From Haliotis rufescens (Eukaryota): DNA of 64,000 nucleotides. Positions 23,481-36,726 of this stretch are shown one piece after another (the first letter of the stretch is position 1; the number at the start of each line of letters is the position of its first letter). The notes below the pieces were generated by a model. The model saw nothing but the letters and a program-made list of their open reading frames with translations. It made no database searches and was not told the DNA's origin. Made by a program: the position numbers and the translations under genes. The stretch covers positions 434,001 through 498,000 of the forward strand of contig NW_025964079.1 of NCBI RefSeq assembly GCF_023055435.1, given 5' to 3'.

Positions 23481-23589
23481 ATTTTATCCACATTCCGCAG
23501 AAAGACGTGTCTTACAACTGAGTACTTCAATAAAGACTTTACCACCAAAGGCCCTATTCCAATGATAATACATTCAAAATACCCATAAA

Positions 23590-23800
23590 AAGATCCAAGT
23601 TAGAATTGGTCTTCAGCAACCTGTGCTTGCCATAAGCGATGATTAACATGATCGGGTGGTTAGTCTCGCATGGCACCATCCAAATTGCGTAAATCGATGC
23701 TCATAATGTCAGTCATTGGATTGTCTGGTCGAGATTCGGTTATTTACAGACCGCCGTCATATGGCTGGATGATTGCTGAGTTTGGCGTTAAACAACAAAC
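23590..23800 (+). mobile_element. SINE family 3 copy (in every unit)
   Basis: Similar to 11778-12016. Confidence 0.6.
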
Positions 23801-24071
23801 AAAGAAACAAATATAATCAAAAGACTACTTTCGAAGCAGTTGCACATAATCGAATGCATTGAGTGAGTACATTATTGCTAAGATCTTATGTTTGCAAGGC
23901 GCTTGGTTCTGATAATGCTCAAATTAATTCTGTCTGAAAGATCCTCAAAACATTGTGTGAAGTATTTCTCCTCCCTCAAAATCTTTGTAAATGTTTTGTG
24001 ATGCGTAAACAGGTTTGAGTGGGATAGTGAATTTTGTACTGTACAGAGTGAAACCATCCACGACGATCTCA

Positions 24072-24180
24072 ACTGACGAATTCCATCTCTACGATCACCT
24101 GTAACATGAACCCATACGAGAGGCTTGTCTTCAACAAATAAGAAACTATTACAGTTGAATTTGACTTTCATCTGCATACC
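24072..24180 (+). pseudogene. Inverted 5' fragment of a receptor paralogue
   Basis: TDEFHLYD / NMNPYERLVFNK*ETITVEFDFHLHT vs TGEFRLYND..NNNPYERPVYNKSETITVEFDFHLHT; frameshift and stop. Confidence 0.85.
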
Positions 24181-24424
24181 GACACATTGAGTCACGAGAA
24201 CATTGAGTCATACAGATGGACAAGTGCATAAAACCATAAACAAACAAGCAAACAAAACATGCGACAAGACATACCGATCATTTGAATTAACTGGTTCGAT
24301 GTTTGTTCGCAAAGTAAACTTTTTGCTTTTGCTTCGGCCACCGAATATATGCCCGTTTAGGTAGACAGAACCTTTCAATCACTGGTTTGCCTGGTCCAGA
24401 CTGGGTAACTGTCATGCTGCGTGA

Positions 24425-24587
24425 GTCAGTAACTGAGTTTTGTTTTACGCCGCTTTTAGCAATATTCTAGCAAAATGGCGGAGGACACCGGAAATGGGTT
24501 TCACACATTTTACCCGTCTGGGGAATTAATCCCCGACCTTCGATGTGATGAGCGAACACTTTAACCGCCAGACTACCCAACGGCCAC
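24425..24587 (-). mobile_element. SINE family 2 copy (also ~36150, ~46925, ~61415)
   Basis: Aligns with 5578-5748. Confidence 0.7.
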
Positions 24588-25066
24588 CATGATATGTTTT
24601 GAAAACTGCTGATTGTGGCGTTAAACCATCACTTGATAAGCATCCTAAACGTGGTATGATCACATCTTATCTTGGTCCCATGTCTCTCCAGTGCATGCCG
24701 CAAGAACAGATTGAAACAACACGTTCAGAAATTGTTGCCAGGCTGACCCTGTTTTTGAACTGTGATGACTGAGAAAATCATACAATGTTATCTGTGCTAG
24801 AAACAGTTAATGCGGTCACAACTTCCGCAACTGGACGGCACGTGGCAATCAGTTTGGTTGAACGGGCGTTCGGAAAGGAGGAGAGACACAAACACACTGG
24901 CCAAGATGTTAGCTCACGTTTGATGAGGTCTTGCTCTCGATACACCTCCTGGGGGGTTGTAATTACAATCACAGGCTTATCGTGGAAGAGTGGTTATCTT
25001 GCTTCGATATCGTCGAATAACGATCTATTATAACAGAAAAAAGGGAGAAAATAGAGACGAAGATTA

Positions 25067-25082
25067 GTGTGTGTGTGTGTGT

Positions 25083-25148
<66 letters not shown>
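25067..25148. repeat. (TG)n microsatellite (also 36647-36725, 47426-47484)
   Basis: Seen directly. Confidence 0.95.
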
Positions 25149-25150
<2 letters not shown>

Positions 25151-26396
25151 AACGCAGTTTAACGTTTATCCCCTACTCGGACACAGTGCACTGAGCCGGC
25201 TAATCCTTGTATTATCCTCCTGATGCCGAGCGTCAGCCCATCGAAGAAAAACGGACGTGTTTTTTACTGTGATAGTCACGTAATATACAAATGTGTTCCT
25301 ATTACAAACAAGTCTACTAACAAGTCTTTCATTGGGGAGTAACATTTAATAAGAATGCTTTTTACTTATACATGTATACTATTTATGTTTACTGAAAAGG
25401 AAATTATAAAAGAAATAATTTATTATGCATATTTGTATGTATATCTTGAGATGAGGTGAGGTGAAGCCGGTTCAAGATAACTTCACTTATATAGTGGTCT
25501 GCGTGTCTGCTTGTACTAGTCGGGATGTATGCCAGTTTCATAGTGGACTTTGTCACTGTCAGCCATTTGAAAAGACACCCTTCAAGCTGTAAAAAAGCTT
25601 TATAGATTGTGTAAACATCATTACCTCTTTACTTTTTGCACTTTGAAAATCAAGGATCGTGTTCAGAATCTGCTAACGATACCCGATGTCTCAAATGACA
25701 GCAAATCTAAGTCTCTCGTGGGCCAGTGACGTCATTATACGCGGGACCAACGCCTGTCAAGGGTAGCTTAATGATTCAGGCGTTTACTCGTCACGTCGTG
25801 GTTTTATTTTCTGCATCGGCACAATCTCTGGAAAACATTCCTGGGAGCCTGAGAAGATTTGTTTGCTCCTTCAGATACTGGTTTGGCTGCAAAACACATG
25901 AGTTCGACTTATTTTGTTTAATTAATCGATAATCATAAATTGCAACATCTTTATTCACATGAAAGAATCACATTAAAAGCAACTCATATTGTCATAGACT
26001 CCTCTAATTACTTCTATAAATATATGTCCATTGCACGATTCTGACTTCATCATTTGTGAATCGCTATCAAATAGATGACATCAGGTGATCGCGAAAATGT
26101 GACCATATCCTGTCCCACCAGTTGCTCACGTCACAAACACGCGTAAAGGCAAGTCAAGTGTTCACCTGAATAAACACAGAAACTTCTAGTTCATGTTTAA
26201 ATAGGGAATTGCTTCAGACATCATTGTGGTCACTAATGGGTAAAATTTGAAAAGATCCACGTCATATATAACACTGTTTGACACTCTCCTTACGAGAGAA
26301 TACATTCAGAAGCAAAGACATATATACTACTCGAACTGATCTATACGAGAAACAACATGTAATAGCTTTAAACACACGCCATCAATGATTCATTAA

Positions 26397-27626
26397 CTAG
26401 AAGCCCAAGTTCAAGCCGATGTATATCAGTGTTATTGGAATTCCCACAAGTGAAGGGATACACAACAACCAGAAGAAAAACAAATCCAGTGCTTTGCTCA
26501 CTCGTTTCCATGTGACGGGCTGAGTAGTCTTCGCCTGAAGTTCTTGTAACTGTCCAGATTCCTCAATTGCAGGTTTGTCACGGTTTCCAAACCGGCCAAA
26601 TGCATCGACCTTTTCGACCCAAATTGTGAATCTTTGTAATGTTTTACGAATGGGTTTCGATTCACTCTGTCCACAGAACCGGACACTGAAGATGCTGACG
26701 ATGACAAATACTGCAGACATTGTTAGTGTGAGTCCAAGGATGATGATGAAGGGCGATATACCCTGGGAGCTCTGGGGTATCATGTCTGTGAGAAAGCCCA
26801 TGTAGACCCCATATGACAGAGGAATCGTTATGGCAAAGGATATTTTTTCTCCTGAATCTGCAGGAATGAGAAACACAAATGTCCCCAGGACGGACAGGAT
26901 CAACACAGGGAGGATGAAGTTGAAGACAAAATGCACAGGGCGTCTGTCCAGTGTAAGCGTAATAAGCACATGTGATATTGGCTTGTTGTCAAAGGTCTTT
27001 TCCTTGGCTGTGATTGATGTTGGTTTTAGCCTCCACTGACCTCCTATGTTTGAACTAGATGTTCCAGCTACTGACTGACGGACTTTCAGGTCAACTTCTG
27101 ACGTCGAATATGACCAGACGACAATCTCCATAGAACACTTCAGGCTATCAAATGGATACATTAGAACGTCCGTTTCACAATGCAGGTAGAATAAGTCTCC
27201 TGTCATCCACTGCACGTGTCCATAAGAGGATACTTTCAAAGGCACGAAATCTCCTCCAATGTGGTTTAGTTGTTGGAAGGAATTGGACACAACAAGATCA
27301 GGTTTCCACACGTAGCTATCTGGGGGTCTGATAAACTCAACTCCGTCATACATCTCAGAATTCCAGGTGAGAAACTGATCAGACCACGACACATCAAACC
27401 ACCCTGTGCATAGGAGCTGTTGTTGAGACTCAGTGTATCGGCTCACTGTGTGTAGATGAAAGTCAAATTCAACTGTTATAGTTTCGGATTTGTTGTAGAC
27501 GGGCCTCTCGTATGGGTTGTTGTTCCAGATGATGTCATTGTAGAGGCGGAATTCACCAGTGGAGTGTCTGGCTGACTCGATAGACACAACACCAATCACC
27601 AAATTACAGATTGTGAAGAGTAGCAT
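26397..27626 (-). CDS. Atypical nAChR-like Cys-loop channel subunit, type B copy 1
   Basis: 409 aa; signal peptide, WKPD, CETDVLMYPFDSLKC Cys-loop, PADSGEKIS, four TM helices, no loop C CC. Confidence 0.96.
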   Translation of the reverse strand: MLLFTICNLVIGVVSIESARHSTGEFRLYNDIIWNNNPYERPVYNKSETITVEFDFHLHTVSRYTESQQQLLCTGWFDVSWSDQFLTWNSEMYDGVEFIRPPDSYVWKPDLVVSNSFQQLNHIGGDFVPLKVSSYGHVQWMTGDLFYLHCETDVLMYPFDSLKCSMEIVVWSYSTSEVDLKVRQSVAGTSSSNIGGQWRLKPTSITAKEKTFDNKPISHVLITLTLDRRPVHFVFNFILPVLILSVLGTFVFLIPADSGEKISFAITIPLSYGVYMGFLTDMIPQSSQGISPFIIILGLTLTMSAVFVIVSIFSVRFCGQSESKPIRKTLQRFTIWVEKVDAFGRFGNRDKPAIEESGQLQELQAKTTQPVTWKRVSKALDLFFFWLLCIPSLVGIPITLIYIGLNLGF

Positions 27627-30606
27627 GATTGCACAGATGGTAATGTAGAACTTCGCAGTGTAGAGTTTTGATGCCGTGGAGCTGCAATAATGAAAAGATA
27701 CACGTGTCTCAGAGGTAAAATAAGTGGGAATGTAAAATAGTCAAATTGATATTGTTAGATTGTTTGATATCTAACGCCGCATTCAGGAATATATATAGCT
27801 CGAGGCTGGACCCGCGTCAGCGAGCAGGAACACCCAATCCATTTAGTGTCTCTTGCAACAAACATCGGTTAGAATAAAGGGATGCTTTAATTAACGCTAT
27901 ACTAAATCCACAACGTACAATGCATTCCATTCATTGCTTTCCAACGAAAACACGAGCTTGTTTAATCGATGGCATTTGCATTTTCTTTCATAGGTAAATG
28001 CAGGGAAATGAGAGCGACAAAACCCTTTTCATGTCCATTACAAATCTGCTCAAATGAGAGTTGATTGTACGATTCCCACTATCCTGAGCATGTGTTTAGT
28101 AATTACTATCAAATTGTGATTAAAACTCCTTTTTCGCGAAAAAGGGAGCAGATCCTGCCCCACTAGTGGCACCCGTCGCAAACACATTCAAAGTCAAATC
28201 AATTGTTTAACACGGGGACAAGTCCAAATAGGGAATTGCATCGGACATTATATTTGTCACTGATGGGTCAAATTTGAAACTTTCCTCTGTATGTCTACAT
28301 TAAAAATGGTTGAAAGCTTTGCTCAATCATTGAATGTTGTAACCTTGATCAAACAACTACTGACACAGAGTTGTAATCTTCGTAAAAGGGGCATGCTCGA
28401 TTGACCTCAAAAGTTGCAAAAATGTAGAAATTGGGAGAGTGTTTTGTCACTCTGAATCTTTATGCATACATCTAAATATTAATCAGATAAAATGGTCTCA
28501 CCAGTCTCCTTTATTCCTAGTTCAGGTGAGTAAAACAATTGAAGGGAATTGTTATTCGGTGCTTATTGAATACAATTTTAACTGAACCATCAAGCCATGT
28601 CGGAGATGTCAAAAATGTAAAACAATTGCATTGAGTACGCCGACGACGGACGACCTGCGGCGACAAAATCCTTTTAGGCCAGGTGAGCTAAAAATAAGTT
28701 GTATGCTGGATGTCCTGATGTCGGCTCCTTCCTCCACAGAATACTGAGGCACTGAAATTGTGGGTCCCTATATTATCGTATATTTTGACAAAAATGATAA
28801 AAATTCAATTCATCACATCAGAAGTCTCAATTCTCCACATTCTTATTCTGAGATATAATTCTAATTGTTTCGCAAATACAATTTTAGCAGTACGTCACGT
28901 TTGGCATGTGAGTGGTCAAATATTTAATAAGTTAATCCGAAATCTTACCTAATCAGCGTTCTGGTTATTCTAAAAGACATTGCCCTGCATGACTGTATCA
29001 GTTTGATCACCGCAGACCTAAATATTTGTTGAAAGGTTTATTTCTCAATAATTGTTGATGGGCATTTTATTTACAAAATGCAGATTTGCATTCACTACGT
29101 TATTCAAAGCATATGTCAAATACATTTTTGACAGACAATATCCATTTTTGACAGAAATATTGAAACAAAAATGAAACATTGGATCAGTGAGGTCATGTGA
29201 CGAGAAACTGATCGCTCTTATACCGAAATAAATAAAATATATAACGGATAAAACCATTCCCATATTCATAAGAAATAGTGAATGGTGATATCAAACCTCT
29301 TACGCAATTGCAGATAGGCTAATAACATGTGCTACCTCTCAATGATATAATGAATAAAGTAAAATAAATAGAAGGGTCATATTCCAGTTAAATGGTATGT
29401 TCAAGTATGTTACTTACCAGTCCTCCGAAAATCAGTTTAGATTATTACCATTATGTTTGTCTTTGCCTTTATCGCCAAACACATCTGAACCTTTTCGATG
29501 GACACTGTCAAGTCATGGAAACAGTTGAACAGCTGCATTTATCCCAAAGAACTATCTGCTATCAAAAAGCACAATGATTTACGTTGACAAAATCCGCTCA
29601 TAAAATCCCAACTCTGTTCTGTTTGCACACAATAGCTTGGACTGTTCAGGATGTCAAAACTCGGAGTTGTAGTGTCCTAATATTTCACAATGAAACACGA
29701 ATTCCCAGCATAAAAGGAACAGGTGTTTTGTGCGTCCAACTACTTTCGCAGTTCATTTACAATTTATGGGATCCAGACAGTGCAATGTAAACATGGGCAC
29801 AGAGGCCCAGAGCATCACAGCAATCAATAACCGTCAGTACACGTTATCACAGATTCCATTGTGCAGCAATATTAATAATTGGCACCAACTGTGATACCAT
29901 CTGTGGAAACCAAGGAATCTTTAGTTCGTGGCAGTCGCAGACGTTGCTGCCTTCAAGATAAACACATGTGCCCTAGTGTCACCTTAACGCATGTGTCTAA
30001 CTGCACACATAAAAAATAAAATAATATTGTGAGTTATTGATAATTATATGCTATTTGCACATGAGAATTTTAACAATTTTCAATGCTGAATGGTCAGTTA
30101 AAAGGGAGATGACGCCAAATTTGTCCATTCTGGAGAACAAAATGATACGATTTTATTCATTATTCATGTCTCTTAAAAGCATTTTATCATCTGAACACTG
30201 TTTCCGATATGTAACCATGACGTTTGATTCGTCCTTCCTCATTTATTCTCACAAAACGTATTGCATAAACCAAAGCACGGGGCGTACAGTTTTGAGTTTT
30301 GGGTCGAGAAAAACTAATGTCATCACTGATTTGCAGTGATCCATTCATATAGCTTTCACTGTCGTTTTGCCTTTTGTGTGGAAAGGAATCTGTTTTGACG
30401 GATTATTGACGGAGACTGGTTATTCTCTGGTGACGGCGCTTTGTATTTCTGATGGCGCATCATAATTGTGCATACTCAAGTCATAAAAAAACCAAAGATC
30501 TTGTCATTGATTCCTACGCACACTTCACAATGAATATTTAATTACTATAACCTATTCTACTAAATACGACATATACAACTGATGGTTCGTAAGAAACATT
30601 TTGTCA

Positions 30607-31836
30607 TTAAAACACCGCAATGGACACCAACAGTACTGGAATAGCTATCAACAAAGGTATACACAACACCCAGAAGAAAAACAGATCCAGGGCCTTGCTC
30701 ACTCGCTTCCACGTCATTACTTGAGTATGTTCCTTAGCCTCGGAATCATCTGATTGTTCTGTGTCCTCAGAGATATGGTTAGGATGCGACTTTTTTTTTC
30801 GACCACAGCTTTTAACATGTTCAACCCAGACGGTGATTCTTTGGAATGATTTAGGAACGGGTCGTGAATTACTGCGTGCTGAGATCCTGACACTGAATAT
30901 GCTGAGGATGACAAATAACGCAGACAATGATAGCGTGATTCCAAGGAAAATGATAAAGGTGGACACACCCTCGGAACTTTGTGGTACCATGTTTGTTAGA
31001 AAACCCATGTAGACTCCATAGGAAAGAGGAATTGTGATGGCAAATGATACTTTTTCTCCTGAATCTGCTGGAATGAGGAACACAAATGTTCCTAGAAGAG
31101 AGAGAATCATGACGGGAAGGATAAAGTTAAAGACAAAATTGGTTGGGAGTCTTTCTAGAATGAGTGTAATTTTCACTGTTGACATTGTTTTGTTGTCAAA
31201 ATGTTTTTTCAACGAAATGATAGTGGCTGACGTCAAACTCCACTGACCTCGTATATTGGAACTGGACACTCCAGCACGAGATTGCAGTGGTTTCAGGTCA
31301 ACTTCTGTCACTGAGTGTGACCACACAACCAGGTCCATAGAACACTTCAGGCTATCAAATGGGTACAACTCAACATCCACACTACATGGCAGGTAGAATA
31401 AATCCCCAGGCATCCACTGTATATGTCCATTTGAAAATAGTTTCAGAGACACGAAATCTCCTCCAAGGCGGTCGAGTTGTTGGAAGGAATTGGACACAAC
31501 AAGATCAGGTATCCAGATGTAGCTATCTGGGGGTCTGATAAATTCAACTCCGTCATACATCTCAGAATTCCAGGTGAGAAACTGATCAGACCACGTCACA
31601 ACAAACCACCCTGTGCATAGGAGCTGTTGTTGTGACTCAATGTATTTGCTCAATGTGTGTAGATGAAAGTCAAAATCAACTGTAATAGTTTCGGATTTGT
31701 TGTAGACGGGCCTCTCGTATGGGTTGTTGTTCCAGATGATGTCATTGTAGAGGCGGAATTCACCAGTGGCGTTTCTGAGTTGTGTCTCAACAGACACAAA
31801 ACCACAAGCAAGAATATACAAAATTGGCGACATCAT
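30607..31836 (-). CDS. Atypical nAChR-like subunit, type A copy 2
   Basis: Intact 409-aa ORF, near-identical to A1. Confidence 0.96.
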   Translation of the reverse strand: MMSPILYILACGFVSVETQLRNATGEFRLYNDIIWNNNPYERPVYNKSETITVDFDFHLHTLSKYIESQQQLLCTGWFVVTWSDQFLTWNSEMYDGVEFIRPPDSYIWIPDLVVSNSFQQLDRLGGDFVSLKLFSNGHIQWMPGDLFYLPCSVDVELYPFDSLKCSMDLVVWSHSVTEVDLKPLQSRAGVSSSNIRGQWSLTSATIISLKKHFDNKTMSTVKITLILERLPTNFVFNFILPVMILSLLGTFVFLIPADSGEKVSFAITIPLSYGVYMGFLTNMVPQSSEGVSTFIIFLGITLSLSALFVILSIFSVRISARSNSRPVPKSFQRITVWVEHVKSCGRKKKSHPNHISEDTEQSDDSEAKEHTQVMTWKRVSKALDLFFFWVLCIPLLIAIPVLLVSIAVF

Positions 31837-32975
31837 GGTCGTATAGCATCAGCCCTTATCTTCTTCCTCTGCGATGACAGCTTAATGCTCAGCACACTTG
31901 GCTGCCTGTTCTCAATTCTGAGACCAGCCGATGAAACACACTGACTTTGGTCAAAAGCGCTTCTTTTGTCTTACCTGAAATTAATATGAAAAATAATTAA
32001 GTTATTCTTTCTGAATATATGCAAACAAATCTGGTTTTGTTGTGTGAGAGTGCTTATCAATTCTGAAATTTGATAACATGCTGACCGTGTTGGGGCACAA
32101 ATAATATATTTTGTTGTCTTTTGACTTGATCTGTTTGTTGTTTACCTCCGCGCTCAGCAATATTCAAGCTCTATGACATCGATCTCTGAATAATCGAGTC
32201 TGAACCAGACAATCAAGTGATTGACATCATACGCATCGATCTTAATAATTGGTATCTGATAAAATGCATCAACCAATTTAGCGAGCTGGAAAACCCGATC
32301 CCGGATCTTCACGGCGGAACTTTTTGTGTTCAATGAGTCATTGTAAGATTGATCAGTTAGTCCGGTTTTCAAACTGAATCTGTGTTTTGCATATGGCATA
32401 TTGAATTGAATTTGGTTTACACATATTAGTAATGGTGTGAATGGTAGCTGATATTTTGAACCTTTCCGTGTACAAAATATGTACATTTAAATGGGTACTA
32501 TGTATATATATTTTGTATCTTTATAGCCACATGCAGATGGCCAAAGGATTGTTTGCAAGTTTCATTCCGCTGCTGACAATACATGGTGAGGTGAGGTGAA
32601 GATTATGCGTCATACGAAAAGACGTTAAAAGATAGTACTTCTTTTTACACTTACAAACTTACGCCGCGACGTGCATGTGTGTGTGTGCGTGTGTGTGTGA
32701 GTGCATGCGTGTGTGTTTGTCGACGGTCCATACGAATGCCGATTGTATAGTTCTAGTCCACACAGATAGCATGCCACAATGTATCATTGATACCCCACTC
32801 AGACACAGTATACTGAATGTCAGCCGACCAGGCAGGGTAAAAATAAGCACTATCTTTTAACGTCGTTTCGCATGATGTAGGTGGGCGTCGAACTACCGAC
32901 CTTTCATTCTTTGGGTAGACTCTCTTTCCACTAGACCACGGATGTAGTCTGTATCTAAATGGCTTAAGGAATGTT

Positions 32976-34167
32976 GAATGAATATATTGTTTATTCTCAA
33001 AAAGTGTTAGCTCTTTTCTTACACCTTACGGTATCCTTATATGTTTTACGCTGCAGTGAATAGGCTTGTAACGAAACATTATCCTTTTTCCTATTAAAAA
33101 CATCTAGTAGGCTTCTCTTCTGTGATAATCACATTCTTTATCAAACCACGGACAGTCGCGTCCATGACGCTGAACAATCTTACGCTTTGTAAAATCTGCT
33201 GCTTTCAACAAAGCGTCCGTAAATTTACTAATTTCTGCATTTATGTCTGTTAATGCTAACGTAATACAATCATCAAACAAATGCTTAATTTCATCACATG
33301 AGACATTTTCTTTTAACCGATCACCAAAAATATCACGCCAAGTATACTTAATACAAACATCCGTCTTCACATTCTCACCCGACATAGCATTGTCAATTTC
33401 AGTATAATGTGACTGAAAGGTACAATTGGTTGGCGCGTGCGGAGACTCGATCCGAGATCCGATGTTAAAATTCTTACACAATGTAAACAAATCACTTGTT
33501 ATGATAACATAGTCAATAACGCTTGCGCCTGTAGGGGACATAAACGTAAAATCTCCCACACTGGCATCAGATCCACAACGACCATTAAGTATAGACAAGT
33601 TTAGAGAAGCACACATATTAAGCAAAATTCGCCCAGTCTTATCTGATGAAAATCGCTGTGTGCAAATACCCCGGCAGAGACAATGACACTTGTCAATGTG
33701 CAGAGCTCTAATTATATCGTCCTCAACAAAATCAAAGTCTGTTCCAGTGCGGGCGTTGAAGTCGCCCCCGAGGTGGATAGAGGCGTCCCCCACTTGTTGA
33801 AGTACATATATTAACGCATCCTGGAGTATAGATACGCCACACTTGTCAGCTTTATTGACATACCAATTTGACTTCTCTGGATTGTTGTATGCACAACCTA
33901 TAAGAGTGTCCTTAGCATTATTAAATACAGATTTCTTTAACAAAATTAAAACACAGTTGTCACATATTTTTGACCATAAAATGGATTTTGAAAGTGTTTT
34001 TTATTAACAATGTAATACCACCGGATAGCCGACCTTGTTTGGAGATTTGGCAAACATCAACATTAAAGTAAACATATTCAGAGAACTCCTTTGAAAAGTC
34101 GTAAGCTTTTAGCCAGGTTTCACACAATCCTATAATTGTAAATGTACGTATGTAATTAAAGAATTCA
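32976..34167 (-). mobile_element. Endonuclease-only LINE derivative, duplicated with the unit
   Basis: Same boundaries as 20995-22203; TSD at 32965-32975 (1 mismatch) and 34168-34178. Confidence 0.88.
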
Positions 34168-36643
34168 TAATGAATGTTAAGGGTAATAGATACGTTATAT
34201 TTAATCATACTTATTTTCAAGAGACTGTCCCGTCAGCCAACCAAAATGTGTTTAAACAATATGTTAGAGATTTGTCTAGTTACCTGCATATTTGAAACAA
34301 TACCACGATATGTGAAGAAATTAACTTAATTTCCTTTGATTCGAAATCGTGTATTTTTGTTGTAAATATATAACTAAACAAATTTACGAAATCATATGCG
34401 TAACTGGTTAGATTTTTTCAAGAAAATGAAAATATAGAAATGACGTCATTATAAAACTATGCCAGTACAAATATTCGCATACAATGCCTTTTACATTGAT
34501 ATGAGTATGAGTATCAGTTAACATCAAAATAGGAAAACAATATCCATCAGGGCATACTCCACAAAGCGATATTTGCACCAAGACAGCCGTAGCGCCCATG
34601 CATTACCACTGATAAAGGCAGCCGTAGAACTAAGGTCGCTTTGTGGAAAAGGTATCCTGCTCGCTAACAAAACTTACCGGTAAAGATGTAGTTATTTCCT
34701 TGGTAAAACACCTTAGTCCATTGTAAATCCATATCCCTCCTGATGGTACAGTGATATCGTGTCGCAGAAAGACATGTAGTTCGTTTTATCTTTCCTGTGA
34801 CAAACGTAAAAACAGTCCACTCCTTAACGTCCCATCCACGATAATGCCACCTACTGATCTGTTATCAGCCTGTACACAGATCGATGAGGTGCAACCGATA
34901 TGACTGTGTGTAGGCAGCCTTCCCGTTATCGCACGTCCACGATGAATAACATAACAAACACCACTGAGGCCCTGTAACCTGCGACACTTGTTTACACAAA
35001 TGCCATTAGGACTGATGAATAATTACCACACGCAAACAGTTGTCGGGACATCAGTTACACAATACAAATCAGTTGATGTGTCTCATAACATCGGGGATGT
35101 TTACAGTGATTTCCATGGAGAACGTTGAACACATTAAATACTGTGTGATTGATCATGAGAAGTCGTAATCTGTCAGAATCATTCAATTTCCTTATGAGGT
35201 GTTCATTAGAGCTGCTACACGCATCCACTATTAAATGTCGGGATCACTTGTGAATCTAAAACCAATCAACGTGTTCTAAGCACCTTGTACATAGGCAGTC
35301 AAACCCATGGCAACCTGTGTAACCCGCTGTATGACAAAAGGGATGATTTCGATTTTCCAGCTGTTGATTGCGGCTTCATGTTGACGATTATGCAATCAGA
35401 TCCAGCTTATGGCGTCAACATTTCTGCTGAATAGTTTAGAACATTTGTCTTACAACTGAGTACTTCAATATAGAGTTCTCCACCAAAGGCCCTATTCCAG
35501 TGATAATACATTCAAAATACCCATGAAGATCCAAGTTAGAATTGGTCTTCAGCAACCTGTGCTTGCCATTAGAGATGATTAACATGATCGGGTGATTAGT
35601 CTCGCATGGCATCATCCAAATTGTGTAAATCGATGCTCATAGTGTCAGTCATTGGATTGCATGGTCCAGGCTCGGATATTTACAGACCGCCGTCATATGG
35701 CTGGATGATTGCTGAGTTTGGCGTTAAACAACAAACAAAGAAACAAATATAATGAAAAGACTTCTTTCATTGTGTGAGTACATTATTGCTAAGATCTTAT
35801 GTTTGCAAGGCGCTGTATTCTGATAATGCTCAAATTAATTCTGTCTGAAAGATCCTTAAAACATTGTGTGAAGTATTTCTCCTCCCTCAAAATCTTTGTA
35901 AATGTTTTCGTGATACGTGAACAGGTTCGAGTGTGATACTCAATTTTGTACTGTACAGTGTGAAACAATTGTGCATTCAAACTGTAAGTCACGTTTGTCT
36001 GTTCGAAGAATGGAACTCTTTTTCAACAATTTTGAAATGATAATAACGGTCCATATGAACCTCAAAATAGTTTTTGTGAAATATGTTATCTTTGTGTTGG
36101 GGCAAATTCTTAATGATTGCACCCAAAACGTCAGTCGAGTCCACGACGATATGGGCTCCACACATTCTACCCATCTGGGGAATAGAACCCGGACTTTCGA
36201 TGTGACGAGCGAACGCTTAACCACCAGACTACCCAACCGCCACCATGATATGTCTTGAAAATTGCAGATTATGGCGTTAAACCATCACTTGATAAGCATC
36301 CTAAACGTTGTATGATCACATCTTATCTAGGTACCATGTCTCTCCAGTGCATGCCGCAAGAACAGATTGAAACAACACGTTCAGAAATTGTTGCCAGGCT
36401 GACCCTGTTTTTGAACTGTGATGACTGAGCAGATCATACACTGTTATCTGTGCTAGAAACAGTTGATGTGGTCACAACTTCCGCAACTGGGCGCCACGTG
36501 GATATCTGTTTGGTTGAGCGGGCGTTCAGAAAGGAGGAGAGGCACAAACACACTGGCCAAGATGTTAGCTCACGATGTTCGATACCGTCGAATAACGATC
36601 TATTATAACAGAAAAACGCGGAGAAAATACATATGAAGATTAG

Positions 36644-36726
<83 letters not shown>

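Noticed and set aside
18638-27626. Canonical nAChR alpha/beta orthology, AChBP, or an anion channel
   Set aside because: No vicinal Cys, four TM helices present, GEK rather than PAR selectivity motif; no gene symbol can be justified
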